Source: Podarcis liolepis (taxonomy: Eukaryota). From it: a stretch of 64,000 nucleotides of DNA. The position numbers were made by a program, and so were the translations under genes. The stretch lies in assembly GCA_965112155.1 (NCBI GenBank), contig OZ218102.1; one strand, 5' to 3'. The notes beneath the pieces are model-generated. The model ran no database searches, was not told the DNA's origin, and worked only from the letters and a program-made list of their open reading frames with translations. Positions within the stretch are counted from its first letter, which is position 1. Each line of letters starts with the position of its first letter. This document shows, piece by piece, positions 1 through 15,506 of this stretch.

Positions 1-980
1 TCGCAGTCGTATTCTGCATTTAGTTTCAGAGCCAACAGTTCTCTGCTATCTGTGACTTGCTTCATCCACCTTGGATTATTAAATCATTCTGGCAATCAAG
101 CATATGGGATTTCCATGAATCACAAATATTGGAGTTGCAAGGAACCCTGAGTGTCAGCTAATCCAACCCCCTGCAGTTAGGAATCTCAATTATTTTAATA
201 GACAGAATCACAACTAGAAAGCTAGCTGAGTCAAATATGATCTGATAACTACTAGCTGACTTGGCTGCTTCTGCTCTGCATCTTCCTTCCCTCCATGTTC
301 ATCTCTGTGGTTCCATGGTAAGTTCCTCCTCCCTAACCGCCTTGTTCACCAGTATGCCTTTACCTGGCCATGCCTGTCATAGTTATGTAGAGTTCAGTTC
401 CCTCCTCCAGCGATCTGTGGAGCACATGGGGCATGCACAATATCCTCAGACCTCTTGGAATATGTTTATGAAAGTAATGGAAATGCTCCTATACTCCATT
501 TTATAGCTGCTTGTAACCCTGTAATACTGTACACAAATACAGTACATAATGCATTTCCAGTGCATTCTCTCCCTTGTCAAACACTCAGTAATTCAAAACA
601 ACAGCTATCCACATCACATTTGCAAATCCTTATTGTGAATCAATAGAGACTTAAGTATCAACACAAGTAATATCTACTTTGGTTCTATGGTGTATGTATA
701 CAAATTATGGTTTGCCTTGGTTTGGGTGAAATCGCAAATTATTGTTTGTTGACACCTTGGAGCTAAGAGAGATAATCAGAATTGTGGTGTGGTAATAAAG
801 CTCATAGTCACAAAGCCATCGTTCATAATTTGGCATGACAGCTGAACTAGCTCAGTACTTGCCTGCAGGGGGCATTGTGGAAAACACTGCTGCAAAGAAA
901 AAAATTACACTGGAAGGCAGCATTATGGATAATCCCCCCCCCCCCACTGTTTGTCTTTAAAAAAAATAAGGAGAGTTATT

Positions 981-1146
981 NNNNNNNNNNNNNNNNNNNN
1001 NNNNNNNNNNNNNNNNNNNNNNNNNNNNNNNNNNNNNNNNNNNNNNNNNNNNNNNNNNNNNNNNNNNNNNNNNNNNNNNNNNNNNNNNNNNNNNNNNNNN
1101 NNNNNNNNNNNNNNNNNNNNNNNNNNNNNNNNNNNNNNNNNNNNNN
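981..1146. other. Assembly gap (N run)
   Basis: Run of n characters. Confidence 0.99.
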
Positions 1147-3493
1147 GCAATTCTGTGGCAAGTTCCACTTAGACCTTTATAAAACTTTTAACTTTCCAAA
1201 GGGTCAGTTTAAGGTAATGTGAAAATGTAGGGAAATGCTGAAATGTGTGGAATCAAGAAATTTGCATTTGAAAGGGGGGTTGGTAGGAAGGGAGATGGTG
1301 GGGATTTAAGTGGATGTTTCAAGTTTCTGAGACGTGCTTCAGCTCACAGTGTGACACAGCATTTGGTGATGTCAAATGAATGAACTTGGCTGACTTGCTT
1401 GCTGGCAGATGGTAATATTGTCATATGCTTTTCACGTAGTCGTTTCTGAAACTTGAGTTGCAGGCAGTGAAACGCAACGAATTAAATTTTGTTTAATGTT
1501 TCAAGGAAATATGTTTGCTAATCTAGATTTGGCCAAGTACTGCTCTTCCTGAATGGGCCTGATCTAACTGTGCTTATTTTTTTAAATCTTCATTCTTCTG
1601 TGGCACATGTCCCCTCCATCTACTAACTGCATTTTAAACTTTACTGTTATTTTAAAGGATTTTTCTGCCTGATTGTTATGGTAACTTATGTGCATATTTA
1701 GTCAAAACTGCCCTGATTTTTGTTCTTGATAATATTTTATTCCTTGGAGATAAGTGAATGAACATTGTTCACAGTCCAATGGGACAAACAGTAGAGCATG
1801 TCCCTTAAATTAGCCCCCCCCCGTCCAGAATCAATTTCTTTAAGTGTAAGTATTTGAAAATAGCTCCATAACAAGAATTGTCTTGGAAAGCTTTTTCTGC
1901 TTTGTCATTGCTAGAAAGTAACAAATCTACACCTGGCGGCTTTTACTTTACAGTTTGTAACACTATAATTTTTAATCAGATTATATTTGTGCATGAAGAA
2001 GTGCTATACACAGTGTTAAGTGGCAACTCGGCGGATCAGACTGCACGATAATCACTTGCAGCTGCTGTGGCTCACTTCATCTCTTTCTTCATGACATCAG
2101 TGCAGCATTTTGTAAACTGGACAAGCTTCTTGACTTCATTAACTGCCTAATTGTTTTTCACTTCGTTCATCTCCCCCCCCCCTTCCCCCTCCAGTTTTTA
2201 GGTGAATAATATCAATGGTTTTTTGAGAGATTATACTCTTTCTTCCTCGGCTTGCTGAGAGCCTGCTAGGGAAATCTTGTGTTTATATAATGAGGGTCAT
2301 TGGACTGAGCAGAGAGAGCACATGGGAACTAATAAAGGCAATCTTTTGTACTTTGCTCCCACCAAATTAAAGAAAACAATGTACATGTGTACTTGCTTTG
2401 CAACAGTTTGGAATTGTGTTCCTTGTTAAATACCCTCATGGCAACCATTCAGATTTTTGAATCAAGGAAAATGGTTTTTGTTGTAACCAGTGACTCCAAA
2501 GAACTACAGTGCAACTAATAGCTGAATTGTATGCCTGAGACTATCAATTTCAGGACCTTGTATCTGAGTATAAGGCTGCAATTCTACAGTATACTTGCCT
2601 GATGAAATGTCCTGTTGAACTTTGTTTAGGATTACACTACATGCTTTTGATTTATCAACATACAAGGCTGTTTCTCAGGTGCAAATGCACACTTCAAAAT
2701 CCGCAAACAAGCAACAGCAAATTCTTTCGCAGCAAATATGTGTGCATATCTTTTAAAAAGCACTTTACAATCCCATACCGTATAGGCTAATTGCTGTTTA
2801 TGTATATAAATAGACATCTTAAACATGTTCGCTGAGATGTATGAACTGATGTGTATGTTACAGCTTTAAGCTGAGACTGTTGGCAACCGTTTTGTTGTGT
2901 TAATGTACTTCTGCCAAGCCCAGGCTTTCATTCTGACACTGAGAATTCCCAGGCTACTGCTATGGCTTCTGGGAAGTGGCTGACACTGACACAGAAACTC
3001 TCCATGCATAGGACCAGAATGATGAGATGGCTGGCATTACATAGCATAGCTACGGTTGGGGTCAGAAAAATGGCAGAGGCTGCTTTTTAAAGCACTTTGC
3101 ACAATAATCAGGATGTTATAGCAGAACTTGCTTTCAAGTGAGCAGCGTAGATACACAGCTCTGATGTCCATAAAGCATTTGTAGAATTCCCGAATTGATC
3201 CAGATCCTTGTGCACAGCAGTGAGTTGCATACAGAGTTCTATGCATGAGGTCCTTTCCTGCCAAGATAATAAAGCCACCATCTGTTTTCTCAGTGTTGAG
3301 GAGACTAGCTGAAACCAAAGTCCCCAAGCAGGTGATCAGAGTTGCCATATCTCTGCAAATATTAGATACTCCTTTTGCCACTGCAAAACCAAATTTTGCT
3401 ACATCACAATAACTTAAATATAATTGTGGCCAATGTTACTTGCTTTTCAAGTTTGTTTGGAGAATAATTGTATGCCCGAATTAACTCTTAAAG

Positions 3494-3946
3494 CAGGGGT
3501 TGGCAAAAAAATTTAGCCGCTGGCCGGTCCACTGTCCCTCAGATCTTGTGGCGGACAGGAGAAGCAGCTGCTGCCGCTGCTGCTTCTCATGGGTAGGCAG
3601 AGTGAGCTTGTCCGCTCTGCTCTCTGGCCCACAGGAGCACCAGGGCGGCGGCAGAAGATGAGTGGTGCGAAAGGGCTGGCTCTGGACTGCTTAAAATGGC
3701 GCTTAGCCAGCTCAGCCCAGCCCCCTTCCTCCTCTAGGCAGGGTGGGAAGAAGCCAGGAGGAGGGAGTGAGGCGCCGCTGCCACGGTGTGTGTGAGGAAG
3801 GGGGGGGGGAATGGAATGGCACAGAAAAAAAATGGCACAGCCCGAATGAACAGAATCTCCATGTCAATCCACGGACAGTCCGCAGGCTGGATCTTGAAAG
3901 CAAATGGACCTGATATGGCCTGCGGACCTTAGTTTGCTGACCCCTG
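3494..3946. mobile_element. Non-autonomous hAT DNA transposon
   Basis: TIRs CAGGGGTTGGCAAA / TTTGCTGACCCCTG; perfect 8-bp TSD TCTTAAAG (3486-3493, 3947-3954). Confidence 0.9.
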
Positions 3947-3960
3947 TCTTAAAGTAATTA

Positions 3961-4211
3961 CCATATTTTTTGCTCTATGACTCACTTTTTCCCTCCTAAA
4001 AAGTAAGGGGAAATGTGTGTGCGTCTTATGGAGCGAATGCAGGCTGCACAGCTATCCCAGGAGCCAGAAGAGGGATTGCTGCTTTCACTGCGCAGTGATC
4101 CCTTTTGCTCTTCTGGCTTCTGAGATTCAGAATATATTTTTTCTCGTTTTCCTCCTCCAAAAACTAGGTGCGTCTTGTGGTCTGGTGTGTCTTATAGAGC
4201 GAAAAATACGG
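3961..4211. mobile_element. Tc1/mariner-superfamily (pogo/Tc2-like) MITE
   Basis: TIRs CCATATTTTTTGCTCTAT / ATAGAGCGAAAAATACGG; TA on the left, TG on the right. Confidence 0.75.
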
Positions 4212-4233
4212 TGCATTAAAATATTACTTCACT

Positions 4234-4375
4234 GGGATAACTCAGTTGGTGGTGAGAGTCTTAATTTCAGGGTCCTGGGTTCAAGCCCCACCTTGGGCAA
4301 AAGAATCCTGCATTGCAGGGGGTTGGAAAAGATGCCCCTCGTGGTCCTTCCCAACTCTACAGTTTTATGATCCTT
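4234..4375 (+). mobile_element. tRNA-derived SINE with CR1-type 3' tail
   Basis: A/B-box-like head (AACTCAGTTGG...GGTTCAAGCCC) followed by GGGGTTGGA...CCAACTCTACAG tail; related fragments at about 115-185 (minus) and 34950-35035. Confidence 0.65.
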
Positions 4376-4703
4376 TGATAATATGTTTGGGAAGTATCTA
4401 AGGTGGAAGTCCTTTCCGTGCTCTGTTCTCTCATATTGTGTTGCGAGTGCGGTGTAGAACTAAAAAGTCACATTACCTCTTCTGTAAAGAAAAGAAGAGG
4501 GATCCTGCTAGTGTGGCTTGGAAAATAAGATTGCCATTCTTCAGAGTACAAATATGCATAGTGAAACCAAAGTACATTTGCATTTTATGTTTCTCAAAGT
4601 TTGAAATCTCGAATTTGAAGCAGCAGTGTACTGAGACGATTTCAGCATGCAGTGTCTCTTTTGTATCCTGGACATTTATAGTATATGTGTCTAATAATAA
4701 TAA

Positions 4704-4949
<246 letters not shown>

Positions 4950-5094
4950 TAGTGCAGGTTTTTTCTCTTGCTCTACAGATTTATGTTCTTATGTAACAGA
5001 AGATTACGGAAGTGTAAATGATTTGGATGCACCTATAGTTTCCATTTAAAAAAGGACTGTGATCCCCACCCCCATAATGGTGCTTAACTCAATA

Positions 5095-5328
5095 CAGTGG
5101 TACTTCTGGTTGTGAACGGGATCCGTTCCGGAGCTCCGGCCAAATCCCGAGGAATTTGCAACTGGAGGATCCCACTTCTGCGCATGCGCGTGGTGCAGTT
5201 CAGTGCTTCTGCGCATGTGCATGGCAAAACCCGGAAAAATACTTCTGGATTTGCCGTGTACGTATCCCGAAGGAGTCTGATCCTGAAGGATACGTAACCA
5301 GAGGTGAACGCAACTAGAGGTACCACTG
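5095..5328. mobile_element. Tc1/mariner (Tigger-like) MITE
   Basis: TA-CAGTGGTAC ... GTACCACTG-TA termini. Confidence 0.85.
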
Positions 5329-6070
5329 TACTAGATAGCCCTCTGACAGTGACACACACTTCAGGGAATGTGGCCAATTTTTCATTCTTGCAAAGTGTCA
5401 TGTACATGGACGGTGTGCTATGTATAAATGTTTCATTTCCTAGTATTGTGGTGGTAGTAGTAGTAAAATTTATTTATATCCTACCCTTAGTAGGGCTATG
5501 CTGCCCCATATCTTCTATTTGTGGTCTCTTGGCCCTGGATCAGGCCAATCTGCCCTGCTTGTATCAACCTGGGAACCTCCCACCCTGTCCTGGATCTGTC
5601 CCCAAAGCAAGTCAGGAGGTGCAGCTCAGGTGGAGGGTGGGGTTTGTGTGCCTCTGAATTTGTAATCTGGCTGCCATGGTTTAATCTTATATTGTAAAAA
5701 GCTGTGTACATCAGTTAGCCAATAATACAGCCTAAACAATTTTAACAAGATTTGCGGGGGGGGGGGCAGGGCGGGGGGAGAGCCAGCAAACTTGTCAAGA
5801 CGTGATGGGTTCCTCTCTGTTTGCTTCTAATTGAACAAAGCATGGAAAAATCACCGCAGATCTGAAGTTTCTTTCCATAAAAGGGTTTGTTAAATATCCT
5901 GTTTTTGAGCATTGGCTTCATAGGCCAACATCTTGACTCACAGTGTAACCATAAAAGCACTTTGGGGACCATATGTCTCCAAGTGTAATCTATATTATAA
6001 TTCGCTAAAAGTATTTGTAGCAGCAGAGCCAGGGAACCCAAAGATAGGATGGCTAGAGGAAGGAGTGGAC

Positions 6071-6093
6071 AGAAGAAGAAGAAGAAGAAGAAG
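6071..6093. repeat. (AGA)n microsatellite
   Basis: Tandem AGA units. Confidence 0.85.
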
Positions 6094-6474
6094 AAATGAT
6101 ATATGGAGAAGAATTCTGAGGGGAAATGACAAGCGAAATGGGCAGCTGAGAAAAGCCGTGCCTTTTTAAGTTCATCATTAGAACTTTAATGCACACCGTT
6201 TTTAGTGTCAGCAAGAATTGTTATAAATTACATTGATACTGTTTATTCCAAACATATTGAAATTTCACAACTGGCTGGTTGTGGTAGTAAATAGTAGTTA
6301 ATCAACTTGCCCTCTTTTTACCCACCCTTCACCATAAGGTTCCAGGACTAGTTAAAATGTGAAAATTAAATCTTAAAATTGGTTAAAACAATTTGCAAGC
6401 AAAAGAATAGGGTTAAAACAAGTTACGACTGAAAGAATATACCTTAAAAATATATTAGCACTGTTAGCAGCTTA

Positions 6475-6830
6475 AGGTAAAGGTAAAGGGACCCCTGACC
6501 ATTAGGTCCAGTCGTGACTGACTCTGGGGTTGCGGCGCTCATCTCGCTTTATTGGCCGAGGGAGCCGGCGTACAGCTTCCGGGTCATGTGGCCAGCATGA
6601 CTAAGCCGCTTCTGGCGAACCAGAGCAGCGCACGGAAATGCCGTTTACCTTCCCGCCAGAGCGGTACTTATTTATCTACTTGCACTTTGACTTGCTTTCG
6701 AACTGCTAGGTTGGCAGGAGCAGGGACCGAGCAACGGGAGCTCACCCCATCACGGGGATTCGAGCCGCCGACCTTCTGATCGGCAAGCCCTAGGCTCTGT
6801 GGTTTAACCCACAGCGCCACCTGCATCCCC
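6475..6830 (-). mobile_element. Full-length Sauria SINE
   Basis: Reverse complement of the copies at 29593 and 44098; (AAAGGT)n tail on the left; TSD TAGCAGCTTA (6465-6474, 6834-6843). Confidence 0.92.
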
Positions 6831-6922
6831 ACCTAGCAGCTTAGATGACATCAAATTAGCTTTTTTGAATGCGCTCTATTTACAGCAGGTTGAACTATTA
6901 AAGTATAGAACTGCAAATGTAG

Positions 6923-7156
<234 letters not shown>

Positions 7157-7344
7157 TGAAAACTGTGAAGGAAATCTAAGACATGATAATGCTAAATGTG
7201 GTTAATATCTTGCCAGTTATATTCTGCCCAGGGTATATGGTGGATGTGTGTTGTGTTGGTAACTTATTATTTTTAGCGTATGTTTGTTTAATCAGAATAC
7301 AGAGTTTGTGTAGCAGTATTTTTTAAAGAAAACAACTTCTAAGG

Positions 7345-7917
7345 CAGTGTTTCCCAAACGTTTTTGGGCAACGGCACACCTGTTTACTGAAAAAAAATCT
7401 CGCGGCACACCACCATTAAAGCCCCGCCCCGTGACGTCAGCGCGCAGCGTCACGCTGGGAGGGACGCACAAAAGTGAAAGTTTTTTCCCTCGGCAGCTTC
7501 TCGAAAGGCTTCTCTCAGCTGCGCTCACTCCGCCTCAGAGAGGATTTCCCCTCCGGTCCCATGCGTTCGTTTGGGGCATCGCATCGCTCCGGCTGCTCCC
7601 TCTCCCGCCGCGCAGGAGCGATACCTCTCTCTGGCTCTCCCTCCGCGCAGGCTGAGGGAGGGAGGGAGGGGCGCGTGTGACCCGTCTCTGCTGGGAGACC
7701 AAACCCAGCGAGGCAGAGTCGCGCGGAGGCGCCCAGGCAGCGCTGCCGGCTGCGAGGAGGAGCGCCAGGCAGCAGCAGGAGGCGCGGCCTCTCCTCGCCC
7801 CCGCCGCCCCGCCTCTCGCCGCCCGACTCGCCCGCCTCCCTCCAGGCATCTCGCGGCACACGAGGCAACGTCTCACGGCACACTCGTGTGCCGCGGAACA
7901 CCGGTTGGGAAACACTG
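7345..7917. mobile_element. Young CpG-rich non-autonomous hAT (Charlie-like) transposon
   Basis: TIRs CAGTGTTTCCCAA / TTGGGAAACACTG; perfect 8-bp TSD TTCTAAGG (7337-7344, 7918-7925). Confidence 0.93.
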
Positions 7918-8293
7918 TTCTAAGGAATACCTGATATCAGGTGAACCTACCAGTGGAAAGATGCATCCTGGTTGCTAGTAAAACATGAAGGGCAAATGAA
8001 GATTCCAGGGATTACTAGAAAATAAGATGGAAGCAGGAAAAGTGTATTGTAGGGTAGCGGGAAACAGCAGCACTTTAGGACTCTCAGGGTTCCTGTTCCC
8101 TAGTGTCCAGAGAAACCACTTATCAGTCACAGCCCCGACTTCACTCATTGGCTTAAAATGGTGACATATAAAAATGTAGAACACATTAAGGTTTACAACA
8201 AGAATAACTTAGTAGTCAATATTTTAGATTTTCAGAATCTTTCAATTTTGCTTTCTTTCAAATTGTTTTGACGCTTGCTTCTTTTTTGTTTAA

Positions 8294-8503
<210 letters not shown>

Positions 8504-9436
8504 TGAACACATTAGGGTATATGTTGTTTAGGTCCTTAGAGAAATAATTAAACTTCTGTTGCACAAAAAGAACCCCTACTGTAAGAGCTCTTCATGCTCA
8601 CCTAAAATGTTCGAATATATGTGGTCAAATTGTTCTGGTTTATGTTCTTTAGTATTGGATATTCAGAAAAGAGAAGTTCTGTGCCTGTTTTACTAGTCTG
8701 GCAAGAGTACCATTTTCAGTACAAATAGATTGTCAGGAATGATAAATCACAAAAAACCCAGACCTTTTTGCACTAGTGTGATTGTATTTTGCAAATACAA
8801 ACATGATTATTGAAACCTCAAAGCTATTTGGAACAAGGGATTTCCTGTAGCTTTCTTTACCCTTTGATAGTTGAAGCTTAAATATGCTACAGAGACACCC
8901 ATCCATGGGCAAATGGGTGGGGGCGCCTACTTGCCAATACCTGAAATTGCAGTAACATCAAGTGACTTGTTTTTGGCCAAGCAGTTTTTGAAATGAAACC
9001 ACGGCAGAAAAGTCGCAGTACCAGTTCCTGCAACCTCCCTTTTGACTTAGCCCTGTATTTACCTTCTCTGACAACTGATGTCCTATGACTTGGGGTTAGG
9101 GCAGGTGAGTGCGTGATTTGGCCAGAACTGCCTCACAGGCCAAATGAGGAGACCTTGTGGACCAGAGGTCCCCCCCCCCCATGGTGCTACATTTTCCATT
9201 GATACTGAACTAATTAATTATGGAGGTGAAATGTTCTGACTGATTTAAGAAAAAGAATGGTTAGTAGTCTTACTTCTGGTAAATCGTGCTGCCAGAATGC
9301 TTAACCACATGCAAGAGGAGAATGTATAATTCGGCCTGCTCTTGCAAAGTTGTTGTGCCAGGATGCTCTTTAGATTATGCTGCTGCTGCAGTCTCAAGCA
9401 GTGGGTTGACACAACTTGGCACAGAGTTTACCGTAA

Positions 9437-9691
<255 letters not shown>

Positions 9692-10365
9692 TGAACAAGC
9701 ACACAGTCTGCTTGGCTTAGACCTTGTATCAATGGTGGCTTCTTCATGGGAGTCAGTAGTTCTGATTCATTTATGAATCTGCCTCAGTTCAGCAGAGACA
9801 AAAAAAAAAAAAGCACTTTTAAGGGTATTTACAAGAAAGGGTTGCCTGCCAAAAGATGAAGGTAAATAAGTGATGTTTCTGTCCTAAAAGAAGGTTCTTT
9901 GTATGGTTTGGGCAATTTGTTTTTAGCATGGAAACGGAGTGCATTTTACCCTTATAATTAGTGCACATTCTGCCCTGATACTGCTTGGCATGTAAGTGCT
10001 TAACACAAGCATAACATGACTAATTCCTCACCCCCTTTTTTCAAAATCTGCATCATCCACTTTCCAACTGTACACACAACATTTTGTGTCTAACTACCCA
10101 CTGAAAACAACCTTGGACCATAGTATCAAATTACACATTTTTAAACTTATCTAAAATATATGTGAAATTAAGTATTTGTCTACTTAAAAGGGTATCTGTT
10201 TCAATATCTCTTGACGAAAATATGTCGTAGATGCTTTCTGACCCAGCGCTATGGTGAAACATGATTTTTTTCTCAGTGTGTGCATCTTTTACGCTGGGCA
10301 AACAAGAGGATTTTTGATGAAGACTAACTTAAGGTTACATGTTGCTTTCTTCACTTCTCTTTTAG

Positions 10366-10437
10366 TCCTCTAAAATAAAGAAAGGAAGTAAAGGTGATGT
10401 TTCTGCACTGAAGCCAACTCTAATGGCAGCTGTGCCG
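10366..10437 (+). CDS. ACSL3: ACSL3 coding exon (SSKIKKGSKGDVSALKPTLMAAVP)
   Basis: 72 bp; ttttag / gtaagt splice sites; in frame. Confidence 0.95.
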
Positions 10438-11543
10438 GTAAGTTGTGCATTTGAAGCCTGCCTTTTTCAAGAGTTACATATGATGAGATGATGATTTGAA
10501 GGTAGCTTAGTTAGTACCTTAGGATTTTCTCTACTGCCCACTTAAGCGGTTCCCATGTAATCCTTCATTCCACTATGGTTGGGTGAATTCATGTTTTCAA
10601 TAAACATTAATGATAAAACTAATCCTGCCAATTTATATTATTAATAAGTTGCTTAAAACATAGTATTAATATTTACTATGACATGTATCCTGACAATTAC
10701 ATGTGGAATAAAGCTTATTTTCCTCCTCTCTCCTCCTCAGTGCAGCCCCCCAAAAAGTGGTATGAGCGGATAGATTTGAGGGGGAAACAGTTAACGTTTG
10801 AAGTTGTTTTATGCCAAGCTTTCTGTTATGGTTCATGCTGTGTATCAAGGGTGGGGAACTGCTGGCCCACAGGCAAAACCTGGCATGCTAGGCCTCCCCA
10901 TTTGTCCCACCAGGCCATTTTTTAGGAAGCCATGTCCACCCACTCTAGACCTGAAGTTGTCCATGATGTTGGTAAGGATGGGGCTTCAGAGGAACAGTTG
11001 GGAGCTTAAAGTGAGCAGTGGATTGTTGTTTTTCTGGAGCTGATGGGTGGTGAGAGCATACCTTGCTGAAGGTGGGGGAAGCTGTTTCCATTCAGTTGAA
11101 ATAACTTCTCTCTCCCAGTGCTGCTCTTTGAACCTCCAAAAGCTGGCGGTTAAAGTGTTGCACCGTTTGAAAGCCCTTTCCCAAACAGTCCTACACTGCT
11201 CTTTAAAACCTCTGTGCAGCTCCTCAAACCTCTGAAGACTTCAGAAGAGTGCAGAATGGTTAGGGAAAGGGCTTTCAAACAGCCCTTTGTAGACAGCACA
11301 GCACTGCTCCTTATGGCCCTGTTTTAGGAGGTTTCAGGAGCTACGTGGAGCTGTTTGCAAAGGGCTTTTAAGAAGCCCTACACTGCGCTTTGAACTCCTG
11401 AAAACCAAAGCCCACCTGTCAAATTTGGCCTGCCCCCTCTAATGTTCTCTAATACTAATGCGCTCAGAGACCTGTGCAGTAAATCAAAATTTATCGCTTG
11501 TTGTTGGCTTGCTTTGATATGCCTAATTAATTTCTGTAACTAG

Positions 11544-11684
<141 letters not shown>

Positions 11685-12398
11685 TAGGTAACTGAGGGAG
11701 TGGTGTGCGTGTTTTTCCCCTTAAGGGGTGAAGATTTTACTCAGGGAGATGGACGGATGAAGAGCGGCCTGCATGGCTGAATCTGTCACGGAACCAGGAC
11801 ACTTTTGCTGGCTATTAGAAGACAGGGCTAGGTAGCAATACACAAATCTGGTAGTCTGGATGGGAGGATAGGTACCTTAATTAATGATCAAAACTAGTAC
11901 TTGGAATTGAGCCTGGAAATAAATTGAAGAGTATTGCCGTTGTTTTCTGAACGTCTTTGGGCATATTTATGTGGGAAAGCAGCATTCAAATTTAAATAGT
12001 AAAAATAGTAAGGTATTTAAAAGAAAGAAAAAAACATTTATATTACTCAGTTGCCTAGTCTGTATTGCCCAGTTTGTACTCCCTCTCATCTACCTTTGTT
12101 TATAAACTTACACACACTTTCTAGGAAGTACGGTAATTCCCATTGAAATCAGTGGGACTTGCTTCTCCATAAGCATGCATAGAATTCATTTTTTAAAAAT
12201 ATGATTCCTTTCCATAGAAAAACCATGCTCAAAGTGGCTAACTACAGGATCAGCTATAAATAATAAGCAAAACACATCAAAAAGTATACAAAATCGAACA
12301 GTTTCCACATAAATTGTGCCATATATGTTGCAGAACTTGCTATGTGCAGTGATTTCCGTGTCTTCTTTATTATTGATATTATTTTTATTGAGCAATAA

Positions 12399-12608
<210 letters not shown>

Positions 12609-12932
12609 TAGGTTGAGGTGCCCATCCAGGTGTAGAGATATAGTTAGGTGTTACCAGTAAAGTCATAGTACTTTACTCCAAAATCTCTCTGTAAATTTGA
12701 CATGCATTTTAATATGAATTTTCTTCTGTAATAAAGTATTTTTTAACTGCTGATTTGTCAGTCTTTTAGGTCAGCTTGTTTTTACACCTGACTTTTCTTG
12801 ACAATTATTAATGCCTAGTTTAGAGATTTTTATGATTTAAGTGGTATACAAATTCTATTAAATAAATAAAAACAAATGGTGCATGGGGTATTCAAAGAAA
12901 TATTTAGATGGTTTCTAAGCTGTACCTCTTGA

Positions 12933-13100
<168 letters not shown>

Positions 13101-13990
13101 TGAAACATTTTGTTTAAATAGAATAATGTGGCAGTGATCCAGTGAGCTCTTTATTAGCATGCTTCCAAAGGCTGGCTTGCTGGTGGCTGGACTAAAAGCA
13201 ACACCCTCCGATATTTCATAAACTACCTATGAGAGCAGAACTAGCCCTAACATCAGAGATCATTTACCAGCTCCCCCATGATGATATTTCCCCCCATTAG
13301 CTTTAAAAACAGCCAGTGGCACCTGATTTGGGTTGGAGATGTAGTCCTACATTTAATGACCCTTTTCCTTTGACTATTTCCAAGACTGTGAATAAGCCCA
13401 CTGAAACTCTTAGCAACAGGTGGAGGGGAGGAAACAGCGACGTCTCTGAGAGAGAAAATTTGGCTTGGGAGAACATGTGTTAGGAGCATAGTACCCCAAA
13501 CGCAGGGCCTCTCTGCCACACATTCTTCCATGCCTTATGTTCCACAGTGAAAAGCTTGAGGTCAAGAGGCAGGTTTCTTGTTTTCCCTCAGCCTCACTGC
13601 CAGCTGAATACCACCCATGATCTGGGTTCCATGCCATCTGAGGAAAGAGAGTTCTTAGCTAAATGCCTCTGCTCAGCTCACCCTTCCCTTTAAACCTCCC
13701 CCCCCGCAAGGTGCACTTTATCAATTAGCACAAGGTTTTGTTTGTGTCTTCTCAATGACATCTCAAAAAGTAGTAGTCGGTGGAGAGACAGCTTAGTCAG
13801 TTCATTGAGCAAAAAGAACAAAGGGTTAAACACAATCCTTTTTCCCTGTCTCTAATTACATTTCCTAATGCAAACTTATGATCTCTTGCTATTCTGCACA
13901 ATATCGTATTGCTGCCTCTCTCCCAGGTGTGAAGTGTTTTAAGTCTCCATAGAATTCCCCCTTAAATTGCCCACACATAGCTAGATACTG

Positions 13991-14171
13991 GTAGGTAGCC
14001 GTGTTGGCCTGACGCAGTAGAAATATATATATATAAAATAAAATTGTCCAGTAGCACCTTAGAGATCAACAAAGTTTGTGCTTGGTATAAGCTTTCTTGT
14101 GTATGCAAACTTCTTAGTTGGTCTCTAAGGTGCTACTGGACAAGTCATATTATTATTTTTATATATTTTTG
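13991..14171. mobile_element. Penelope-like element remnant: inverted pseudo-LTR fragments
   Basis: Similar to the 3' part of 25549-25923 in both orientations; 13-bp TSD TAGCTAGATACTG (13978-13990, 14172-14184). Confidence 0.8.
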
Positions 14172-15155
14172 TAGCTAGATACTGCTAGTCTTCCCCTATG
14201 AGTATGGATGCATTCCATAAGAAATAGGAATCCTGAATTTATGCTGGGAACAAATGATACATTGGTTTTCTAGCTGAACATCTTGTGTCAATTTTTCAAT
14301 AAATCACCTGTTGTGTTGTGCACAGAAATGTTGGAATAAATATTCTTAAAAGCAAGCGCAAGAAGATCAGCAATATTTATCAGCATATTTGTTCTATTTT
14401 CAGCAGTCTGGAGAAATAATCCAAGCACTATATATTTTTGTTTCTCTTTTAAATTATATTATAAAGTCTGCTAGATAAAGAAATATTAACGAAGAGAAAC
14501 ATACACAAGGACTTGCAATGCTTCAAAATGCTGGATTCACTAAAGTTCAGTGTAAACTGCATTTGATTTGTTTCCCTGCTTACTTTGAGCCTCATGATGG
14601 AAACTGTGAGTCATTGTTAATGAGATAAATGGTAGACAACTAGGTCTATAAAACTGGCACCCTAACAGCTGTGTGTTAGAGTGGATTGTTTGGATTCAGA
14701 TGTGGAAGACTTGGGCTCAAAATCTTGTTCTTAGGCGTTGCTTTCAGGGCCACCGCACATACTAACCTCTGTGTTGAGAAAAGTAATCTGCATATTGGAA
14801 GAGCACATGTTTTGCCCCATTGCATCATATATCCTTTTCCATTTTGCTAAGTATGTCTGAAGTGGCATATCATTTCATCTGATATCTAAATAAGCTGCAC
14901 AGTCAACTAATTACATCTCTAGACAGCTTTTGAAGTTCAAATTGATTCATTCGCATCCTGTGCTCCCTGAAATTGGCTTGTCTGGGTTCAGGAGACACCC
15001 CAGAACAGCACACAAGGGAGGAAAGGGGGATTGTTCTCTCTGGCAAGCTGTAATACTTGCGCTGTTAGAACATTCATCACAGTGCAACAGTGAATTCCAC
15101 CCAAAGTTCTCTTCCTCTGCACATCCTCAGTGGTTTGGGCATTGTAACATTCTGA

Positions 15156-15506
<351 letters not shown>

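Noticed and set aside
875-1222. ORFs spanning N runs (also 38977-39393)
   Set aside because: They are open only because of assembly gaps.
7292-7978. Several overlapping GC-rich ORFs, or a CpG-island promoter of a hidden gene
   Set aside because: They lie almost entirely within a TSD-bounded hAT element; stop codons are rare because of the GC content.
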